Source of the DNA: Acidovorax sp.
GTDB lineage: Bacteria > Pseudomonadota > Gammaproteobacteria > Burkholderiales > Burkholderiaceae_C
NCBI GenBank assembly: GCA_041987645.1
Contig: JBHIWE010000001.1
Coordinates: 10,407-74,406, forward strand
Direction: 5' to 3'
DNA length: 64,000 nucleotides
A program made the position numbers and the translations under genes. The notes under the pieces were generated by a model, which had not been told where the DNA came from, searched no databases, and worked only from the letters and a program-made list of their open reading frames with translations. Position 1 is the first letter of the stretch. The number at the start of each line of letters is the position of its first letter. Positions 57,108-64,000 of the stretch are shown piece after piece.

Positions 57108-58265
57108 TCAGACGGTGGCGGCCGTGCCCAGCAGGGCCGTCACCTGGCTGGAAAGAACGCCGCCGTTGCCGTGGCACAGGGCGATCTCCGCATTCGGCAC
57201 CTGGCGGTCGCCGGCCTCGGCGCGCAGTTGCTGCATGGCCTCGATCAGCAGGAACATGCCGTACATGCCCGGGTGGCAGCACGACAGGCCGCCGCCATTG
57301 GTATTGACCGGCAGTGCGCCGCCCGGTGCGATGCGCCCGTTGCGCACGAAAGCGCCGCCTTCGCCCTTGGCGCAAAAGCCCAGGTCTTCGAGGAACAGCA
57401 GCGTGTTGATGGTGAAGGCGTCGTACAACTCCAGCACGTCCACGTCCTTCGGGGCCAGTCCGGCCATGGCGAAGGCGCGCGGCCCCGACTCGGCGGCGGC
57501 GGTGACCGTCAGGTCGGGCATGGAGCCGATCTGGCGGTGCCAGGTGGCGGCGGCCGCGCCCAGCACATAGACCGGTGGCTTGGGAAAGTCTTTCGCCCGC
57601 TCGCTGCGCACCAGCACCAGGGCGCCGCCGCCGTCGGTGACCAGGCAGCAATCGAGCACCGACAGCGGATCGCTCACCAGCCGCGAAGCCAGCACCTGTT
57701 CGATGCTGAGCGGATCGCGCGCATGGGCCAGCGGATTGAGTTGCGCCCACTGGCGCGCCGCCACCGCGATGTGCGCCAGGTCCTCGCGCGTGGTGCCGTA
57801 CTGGTGCATGTGGCGTGCTGCGGCCAGGGCGTAGCTGGAGATCGGGTAGCGCGGCTCGTAGGGCGCTTCGTACAAGGGCGTTTCGGCCATCAACTTGAGC
57901 TTGCCAAAGCCGGAGCCCTGGTTGCTGCCGTAGCAGATCAGCGCCACTTCGCACTGGCCGGTGTGCAGCGCCATGGCGGCGGTGAGAAGGTGGCCCACAT
58001 AAGACGAGCCGCCGACCATGGTGGATTCGCAGAACTTGGGATGGATGCCCAGATATTCGGCCACCGACAAACCGGCGAGGAAGTGGTAGGACGAGCCGGT
58101 GAACAGGCCATCGACATCGGACAGCTTCAAGCCGGCATCGGCCAGCGCGCCGTGCACCGCTTCGCCCAGAATTTCGAGCGCGCTGCGACCGGGGGCCATG
58201 GGCACGCCGCCCAGGCTGGCGCCCACGATGGCGGCCGCGCCGCGCAACGGAGATATGGCGCTCAT
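57108..58265 (-). CDS. Thiolase-fold protein lacking the nucleophilic Cys (Ltp2-like, putative aldolase)
   Basis: MVGGSS at the usual NxCxSG position, ELYDAFT, NTNGGGLS..HPG. Confidence 0.85.
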   Translation of the reverse strand: MSAISPLRGAAAIVGASLGGVPMAPGRSALEILGEAVHGALADAGLKLSDVDGLFTGSSYHFLAGLSVAEYLGIHPKFCESTMVGGSSYVGHLLTAAMALHTGQCEVALICYGSNQGSGFGKLKLMAETPLYEAPYEPRYPISSYALAAARHMHQYGTTREDLAHIAVAARQWAQLNPLAHARDPLSIEQVLASRLVSDPLSVLDCCLVTDGGGALVLVRSERAKDFPKPPVYVLGAAAATWHRQIGSMPDLTVTAAAESGPRAFAMAGLAPKDVDVLELYDAFTINTLLFLEDLGFCAKGEGGAFVRNGRIAPGGALPVNTNGGGLSCCHPGMYGMFLLIEAMQQLRAEAGDRQVPNAEIALCHGNGGVLSSQVTALLGTAATV

Positions 58266-58669
58266 GCTGTGGCGTCCTGTGGAATGAAGACCAGCAGCTT
58301 GCCCTTGGCCGGGTCGTCGATCACGCGGGCTTGCACCTTCATGCCGATGCGTACCTGCTCAGGCGCGATGCCATCGACGCGCGACATCAGCCGCGGCCCT
58401 TCGGCCAGGTCCACCAGTGCCACGTTGTAGTCGCCGCCGGCCTGTGGCTTGCGGCGCACCGTGGTGCTGGAATAGACGCAGCCGACCCCGCTCGGATCCA
58501 CCCATTCGAGCTGGCCCGAGCCGCAATGGGTGCACAGCGCGCGCGGGTAGAACACATGCTGGCCGCAGGCCGTGCAGCGCTGGATCTGAAAGCGGCCCTG
58601 CGCCAGCGCCTGCGCGAACTGAGCGTCCGGGCCGGGGCCGTCAAATGCCGGATAGCCCGATGCGCTCAT
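58262..58669 (-). CDS. Zn-ribbon OB-fold protein (DUF35/ChsH2-like)
   Basis: QRCTACG..FYPRALCTHCGS, LVDLAEGPRLMS; ATG 58669 overlaps the upstream stop. Confidence 0.9.
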   Translation of the reverse strand: MSASGYPAFDGPGPDAQFAQALAQGRFQIQRCTACGQHVFYPRALCTHCGSGQLEWVDPSGVGCVYSSTTVRRKPQAGGDYNVALVDLAEGPRLMSRVDGIAPEQVRIGMKVQARVIDDPAKGKLLVFIPQDATA

Positions 58670-59835
58670 GACGGCAACTTCAGCACGCTGGCAGCCAGGA
58701 TGTTGCGCTGCACCTCGTTGCTGCCGCCGTAGATGGTGGCCGGGCGTGCGTTGTAGAAGGTGGTCAACGCATCGGTCTTGCCGCCGGGCAGGGCGGTGGA
58801 GCCGGGCGTGCCGCCACTCGATCCCATGACATCGACCAGCAGATCGGCCAGGCGCGAATAGGTTTCGGTGCCGAACAGCTTGAGCATGGAGACATCGGGC
58901 CCCAGGGTTTCGCCGCGCTTGACCTGATCGATGAAGCGGCCATAGAGCGCGCCCAGGTCGGCCACATCCAGCGCCAGTTTGGTGTAGCGGTCCACGAAGC
59001 CGCTGTCTTCGAACAGGCCGAGCCGCTGCGCGGCTTCCTGCACGCGCGCCAGCGCGTACTGGCTTTGCTTGGGGCTGCCCAGGAAAATGCGTTCGAAGCC
59101 GAGCAGCGCCTTGGCGATGGTCCAGCCCTTGTTGAGCTCGCCCACGATGCTGCTGCGCGGCACGCGCACGTTTTCCAGGAAGACCTCGCAGAAGTCTTCG
59201 CCGCCCGCGATGTTGCGGATGGGGCGCACCGTGATGCCCGGGGTTTTCATGTCGGCCAGCAGAAAGCTGATGCCTTCCTGCTTCTTGGCCGATTTGTCGG
59301 TGCGCACCAGCAGGAAGATGTGGGTGGCGTCCTGCGCCAGCGTGGTCCAGGTCTTTTGTCCGTTGACGATGAAATCGTCGCCGTCGACCACCGCTTCGGT
59401 GCGCAGGCTGGCCAGGTCGGAGCCGGAATTCGGTTCCGAATAACCCTGGCACCAGATGTGCTCGCCGGCAATGATTTTGGGCAGGTAGTAGGCGCGCTGC
59501 GCCTCGTTGCCGTGGTTGATCAGCAGCGGGCCGACCATGGTGATGCCCATGTCGGGCGCGCGCGCCACGCCCCAGCGCTCCTGCTCTTCGATGAAGATGA
59601 TGAGTTTCTCGGGGCTCAGACCCATGCCGCCGTACTGTGTGGGCCAGCTCGGCGCGACCCAGCCTTTTTCCGACAGCTTCAGGTACCAGGGGCCGATTTC
59701 GGACCAGCGCAGGCGCCGCTGCGGGTAGCGCCATTCGCTGGGGAAATGCTTTTCAAAAAATTCGCGCACGGTGGCGCGGAAGCTGGCGTTGTCGAACGCA
59801 TTCCAGTCGGTGGCCGTAGAGGCGGTGGTGTTCAT
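58666..59835 (-). CDS. Acyl-CoA dehydrogenase, PimC-like subunit
   Basis: WCQGYSEPNSGSDLASLRT, TIYGGSNEVQRN. Confidence 0.92.
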   Translation of the reverse strand: MNTTASTATDWNAFDNASFRATVREFFEKHFPSEWRYPQRRLRWSEIGPWYLKLSEKGWVAPSWPTQYGGMGLSPEKLIIFIEEQERWGVARAPDMGITMVGPLLINHGNEAQRAYYLPKIIAGEHIWCQGYSEPNSGSDLASLRTEAVVDGDDFIVNGQKTWTTLAQDATHIFLLVRTDKSAKKQEGISFLLADMKTPGITVRPIRNIAGGEDFCEVFLENVRVPRSSIVGELNKGWTIAKALLGFERIFLGSPKQSQYALARVQEAAQRLGLFEDSGFVDRYTKLALDVADLGALYGRFIDQVKRGETLGPDVSMLKLFGTETYSRLADLLVDVMGSSGGTPGSTALPGGKTDALTTFYNARPATIYGGSNEVQRNILAASVLKLPS

Positions 59836-60998
59836 GCGTGCTCCTGTGCGGTGGCGTTTTGGGTGAGGTTGGCGTAGCGGCGGCGCTGCTGGTTGCCATT
59901 GCCCAGCCAGGCGGCCAACACCAGAGCACGCTGCAGATACAGGCCCAGGTCGTATTCGTCGGTGACGCCGATGGCGCCGTGCAGTTGCACTGCCTCCCGC
60001 GCCACCTGCAGCCCCGCATCCGACGCGCGCGACTTGACGCGGCTTGCCAGGGCAGAGCGCGCGCTGGCGTCGGCGGCCGGGTCATCTAGCAGGGCCAGAG
60101 CCTGCGTCACCACGCTGGCAGTCAGTTCCTGCTGAATCAACAGGTCCACAGTGCGGTGCTGCAGTGACTGGAAGCTGCCTATCGGCTTGCCGAACTGGAT
60201 CCGCGTTCGCAGGTAGTCTTGTGTCATGGCCAGCATGCTGCGCACAAGGGCCAGCAGTTCAACGCTGGCCAGTACCAGGGTTTCGTCGTAGGCGCGGGTC
60301 AGCGCGGCCGCGGCGGCGGCCCCTTCGGCCAGCAGGTGGCTGGCGGGCAGGCGAACGCTGTTCAAGTTGAGCTGTGCTGCATAGCTGCCGTCGGCCAGCG
60401 GCTGGCTCGACAGGGTAAGGCCGGATGCATCTGCCGGCACCCACACCAGGGCCAGACCTTGCGGGCCGGTGGCGCTGACGATGTAGCCGTCGGCCCCGGC
60501 GCCGGGGCGCACATGGCGCTTGCCGCCATGTACCAGCAGGGAGTCGCCCTGGCGCTCCAGCCGGGTTGCCGCCTGGCCCGGCCGGTCTTTCGCGCCGGTG
60601 ACATCTTCCTGCCAGGCGACGGCGGGCAGGGTGCGACCCGCGGCGAGTTCGCTCAGCAGCCGCGCCGACAACTCGGTGGCACCCGCATGGGCCAGCAGCC
60701 GGCCGGCAAACACCAGCACCGGCACCACCGGTTCGGGCGCGACCTGAGAAGCCAGGGCGGCCGCCACCTCGGCCATCTCGGCGAAGCCCTGGGCGTAGCC
60801 GCCCAGTGGTTCGGGCACCAGCAGCCCGGTCCAGCCCTGTTCGGCCAGGGCGTTCCAGAAGCGGCGGTCGTAGCCCGGCATCTGCTGGCGCAGGGCGCGG
60901 GCGCGGTTGAGTGGCGATTCTTTGGTGGCAAAACTCAGTGCGCTTTCGCGCAGCATGGTCAGCTGTTCAGCGCGTTCGCTGTCGTGGGTGGTGGTCAT
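59832..60998 (-). CDS. Acyl-CoA dehydrogenase, PimD-like subunit
   Basis: [28 protein letters not shown]. Confidence 0.9.
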   Translation of the reverse strand: MTTTHDSERAEQLTMLRESALSFATKESPLNRARALRQQMPGYDRRFWNALAEQGWTGLLVPEPLGGYAQGFAEMAEVAAALASQVAPEPVVPVLVFAGRLLAHAGATELSARLLSELAAGRTLPAVAWQEDVTGAKDRPGQAATRLERQGDSLLVHGGKRHVRPGAGADGYIVSATGPQGLALVWVPADASGLTLSSQPLADGSYAAQLNLNSVRLPASHLLAEGAAAAAALTRAYDETLVLASVELLALVRSMLAMTQDYLRTRIQFGKPIGSFQSLQHRTVDLLIQQELTASVVTQALALLDDPAADASARSALASRVKSRASDAGLQVAREAVQLHGAIGVTDEYDLGLYLQRALVLAAWLGNGNQQRRRYANLTQNATAQEHA

Positions 60999-61082
60999 GA
61001 TGGGGTGGGTTGCGTTGTCGGTTGATCGGTATCGACGAGGCCGCTGTCGGCCCCGGCGGGAGGAAAATCGGCCATGGGCGTC

Positions 61083-62249
61083 TCAATAGGATTTGGGCAG
61101 GCCCAGCACCTTCTCGGCGATGAAGCACAGGATGAGTTGCGGGCTGATCGGTGCAACGCGCGGGATCATCATTTCGCGCAGGTAGCGCTCGACGTGGTAC
61201 TCCTTGGCGAAACCAAAGCCGCCCAGCGTGGCCATGGCGCGCTGGCAGGCGTTGAAGCCGGCTTCGGCCGCCATGTACTTGGCGGCATTGGCATCAGCGC
61301 CGCAGTCCAGCTTGTTGTCGTATTTCCAGGCCGCGCGCATCGCCATCATCTCGGCGGCTTCCAGCTCCATCCACGATTGCGCCAGCGGATGCTGGATGGC
61401 CTGGTTCTTGCCAATGGGGCGGTCGAACACCACGCGTTCACCGGCGTACTGGACGGCCACCTCCAGCGCCTTGCGGCCCAGGCCGATCGCTTCGCCAGCG
61501 ATCAGCACCCGCTCCGGGTTCATGCCGTGCAGGATGTACTCAAAGCCGCGCCCCTCTTCGCCGATGCGGTCCTCCACCGGGACCCGCAGGCCGTCGATGA
61601 AGACTTGGTTGGAATCGACCGCCTTGCGCCCCATTTTTTCGATTTCACGCACTTCGACAAAACGGCGGTCGAGGTCGGTGTAGAACAGGCTCAGGCCGAA
61701 GGTCGGTTTCTTGCAGTCCTCGATCGGCGTGGTGCGCGCCAGGATCAGCATTTTTTCGGCTACCTGGGCGGTCGAGATCCAGACCTTCTGGCCGGACAGC
61801 ACGTAGTGATCGCCCGAGCGCTCGGCGCGGGTTTTCAGGCGGGTGGTGTTCAGGCCGGTGTTGGGTTCGGTGACGGCGAAGCAGGCTTTTTCCTTGCCCT
61901 GGATCAGCGGCGGCAGCATGCGGCGTTTTTGCGCCTCGTTGCCAAACACGGCCACGGGCTGCAAACCGAAAATGTTCATGTGCACCGCCGATGCGCCCGA
62001 CAGCCCGGCGCCCGACTGTGAGATGGTTTGCATCATCACGGTCGCTTCACTGATGCCCAGTCCGCCACCGCCATATTCCTGTGGCAGGCAAACGCCGAGC
62101 CAGCCGCCGTCAGCCAGAGCACGGTGCAGTTCGTGCGGAAAGCCGCCAACCTTGTCGCGTTCGAGCCAGTAGCTGTCGTCGAAGCGGGCGCAGATTTTGC
62201 CGATCGCTTCGCGGATGGTTTCGTGTTCTGGGTTGGGTGTGAAATTCAT
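61083..62249 (-). CDS. Acyl-CoA dehydrogenase
   Basis: AVTEPNTG, GQKVWIS, MNPER, ends GLPKSY. Confidence 0.93.
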   Translation of the reverse strand: MNFTPNPEHETIREAIGKICARFDDSYWLERDKVGGFPHELHRALADGGWLGVCLPQEYGGGGLGISEATVMMQTISQSGAGLSGASAVHMNIFGLQPVAVFGNEAQKRRMLPPLIQGKEKACFAVTEPNTGLNTTRLKTRAERSGDHYVLSGQKVWISTAQVAEKMLILARTTPIEDCKKPTFGLSLFYTDLDRRFVEVREIEKMGRKAVDSNQVFIDGLRVPVEDRIGEEGRGFEYILHGMNPERVLIAGEAIGLGRKALEVAVQYAGERVVFDRPIGKNQAIQHPLAQSWMELEAAEMMAMRAAWKYDNKLDCGADANAAKYMAAEAGFNACQRAMATLGGFGFAKEYHVERYLREMMIPRVAPISPQLILCFIAEKVLGLPKSY

Positions 62250-62264
62250 GGATGAGAACGCTGT

Positions 62265-63059
62265 TCAACGCCCGCTGAAACGTGGGGCGCGCTTTTCCAG
62301 AAAGGCCTGCACGCCTTCACTTGCATCGCTACTTCGGGCGCGAGCTTCAATCAGAGACTTCTCGAGCGCCATTTGCTCGTGCAGGTTGCGTCGCGCGGCG
62401 CCTTCGCACAGTTGCTTGATGCCAGCCATCGAGGCGGTGGGCGCACGGGCCAGTCGTTCGCACAGGGTTTGGGCGCGAGCGCCCAACTCGGCGTCAGGCA
62501 CGACTTCGTCCACCAAGCCGAAGTCGAGGCATCGGCGAGCGTCGATGGGGTCACTGAGCATGAGAAGCTGGCGCGCGCGCAGCGAGCCGATGCGTCGGGT
62601 GATGAAGTGGGATGCGCCCATGTCAGGGGACAAGCCGATGGCTGCGTACCCTGTGCGCAGCTTCATTGATGCTGCCGCCAGAGCGAAGTCGCCGCAAAGT
62701 GCCCAGCCGATGCCGCCACCGCCGACCGAGCCGTTGATGGCTGTCACCACCGGCACCGGCAGTTCCGACAGTCGCAGTAGCGCCGGGTGCGCGATGCCCA
62801 CGAGCTCGTCAATATAGACGTCGAGCGTTCCAGCGTGTTGGCGCATCTCGGCGATATCCCCGCCGGCGCAGAATATCGTTCCGCTGCCGGTCAGCAATAC
62901 GACCCGCGGCTTTGCTGCGGCAATCTCGGCAACTGCGCGGGCCAGTGCAGCAGTGGACGCGAGAGAGATCGTGTGAGGGCCGTCGCTGCGGTCGAGCACG
63001 ATCCGGCCAATGTCCCTGGCCACACTCCAACGTACGTTGTCAGCAGTTTGTTCTTCCAT
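62265..63059 (-). CDS. PaaG-like enoyl-CoA isomerase (crotonase fold)
   Basis: FCAGGDI, GGGIGWAL, IGLSPD (Asp-type active site); GGAG RBS before ATG 63059. Confidence 0.85.
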   Translation of the reverse strand: MEEQTADNVRWSVARDIGRIVLDRSDGPHTISLASTAALARAVAEIAAAKPRVVLLTGSGTIFCAGGDIAEMRQHAGTLDVYIDELVGIAHPALLRLSELPVPVVTAINGSVGGGGIGWALCGDFALAAASMKLRTGYAAIGLSPDMGASHFITRRIGSLRARQLLMLSDPIDARRCLDFGLVDEVVPDAELGARAQTLCERLARAPTASMAGIKQLCEGAARRNLHEQMALEKSLIEARARSSDASEGVQAFLEKRAPRFSGR

Positions 63060-63123
63060 CAGTTGCTCCAGTTTTGAACCCGGCGCGAGAATGCGGTGTT
63101 GTCGCATTCGAAATGAAGTGGTT

Positions 63124-64000
63124 TCAGATGATCGCCAGACCGAGGCGTGTGCCCTGGTCAATGGCGCGCAAGGCGTCGAGTTCGGCGGCCAGCTCGGCGC
63201 CGCCGATGACATCGGGCGCGAGGCCGAGCGCACGCAGTTCGGCAACCAGTGCGTTCTCGCTGTCCTGGCCGGCACACAGGACGATGGTGTCCACGGCCAG
63301 CGTTTGCGGCATGCCGTTGATGCTCAGGTGCAGGCCGGCATCGTCGATGCGTTCATAGGTGCAGCCCGAGAGCGTGCGCAGGCCGCGCCGCGCCAACTCG
63401 GCCTTGAGCGCCCAGCCGGTGGTCATGCCCAGGCTGCGTCCGGGTTTTTCCGGCTTGCGCTGCAACAGGGTAACTTCGCGTGGCGAGCTGACCGGCTGCA
63501 TCGGTTTCAGGCCGCCAGCGGCTGAGGGCGAGGTGTCGACACCCCATTCAGCGTGAAACTGCTCGACCGCCTGGGGCGCGTTGGTCGCCTTACCCGCATG
63601 CTCGTCATGCAGCAGGAAGGTGGACACGTCGAAGCCGATGCCCCCGGCACCGATGACCGCGACCCGGTGGCCCGCTTGCACCCGGCCCGACAGCAGGTCG
63701 GCATAGCTCACCACCTTGGGGTGGCTGATGCCCGGAATTTGCGGCAGGCGCGGGCGCACGCCGGTGGCGATCACGATGCGGTCGTAGTGACCGGCAGCGA
63801 GAGAGGGGGCGTCCGCTGGGTTGTTGAGCTTGAGCGTCACACCGTGCCGCGCCACGCCCTGCTTGAAGTAGCGAAGCAGTTCATTGAACTCCTGCTTGCC
63901 CGGCACGGCCCGGGCCAGGTTCAACTGGCCGCCAATCTCGGGCCCGGCCTCGAACAGGGTGACTGCATGACCGCGTTCGGCCGCAGTCAGCGCGCAGGCC
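63124..64000 (-). CDS. fadH: NADPH-dependent 2,4-dienoyl-CoA reductase (C-terminal part; start outside the window)
   Basis: IGGQLNLA..VPGK.EF, GAGGIGFDV, LLQRK..KPG..LG.TTGW, ELDA.RAI.QG. Confidence 0.9.
   Translation of the reverse strand, partial: ACALTAAERGHAVTLFEAGPEIGGQLNLARAVPGKQEFNELLRYFKQGVARHGVTLKLNNPADAPSLAAGHYDRIVIATGVRPRLPQIPGISHPKVVSYADLLSGRVQAGHRVAVIGAGGIGFDVSTFLLHDEHAGKATNAPQAVEQFHAEWGVDTSPSAAGGLKPMQPVSSPREVTLLQRKPEKPGRSLGMTTGWALKAELARRGLRTLSGCTYERIDDAGLHLSINGMPQTLAVDTIVLCAGQDSENALVAELRALGLAPDVIGGAELAAELDALRAIDQGTRLGLAII

Noticed and set aside
1-64000. Mobile elements, tRNA/rRNA, defence or secondary-metabolite systems
   Set aside because: No transposase, integrase, structural RNA, nuclease, or PKS/NRPS/ACP signatures were recognised.

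Overview
GC-rich betaproteobacterial-type DNA (Comamonadaceae-like; the taxon is my inference). Apart from a partial MBL hydrolase gene at the left edge, the whole window is one dense acyl-CoA catabolic island. It encodes 9 acyl-CoA dehydrogenases (including two PimC/PimD-like heteromeric pairs), 5 crotonase-fold proteins, 6 SDRs, 3 thiolase-fold proteins, 4 MaoC/hot-dog hydratases, 3 family III CoA-transferases/racemase and two biotin-dependent acyl-CoA carboxylases (one fused, one split). It also has BadH/BadI-like alicyclic ring-opening enzymes, FadH, ETF-QO, one TetR regulator and three Liv-type ABC importers, each with an acyl-CoA ligase gene embedded in it. Most notable points: (i) a recurring palindromic operator, CTAAC-N4-GTTAG, at five promoter regions including that of tetR; (ii) two candidate non-thiolytic C-C cleaving enzymes in one operon, a Cys-less Ltp2-like thiolase/DUF35 pair and a crotonase with a 6-oxocamphor-hydrolase-like His-x8-Asp dyad; (iii) two internal-deletion gene scars; (iv) a hexamer microsatellite abutting an RBS. 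Together these suggest an undescribed pathway for methyl-branched or alicyclic carboxylic acids (terpenoid or naphthenic type). The substrate cannot be read from the sequence. I found no rRNA, tRNA, CRISPR array or intact mobile element.
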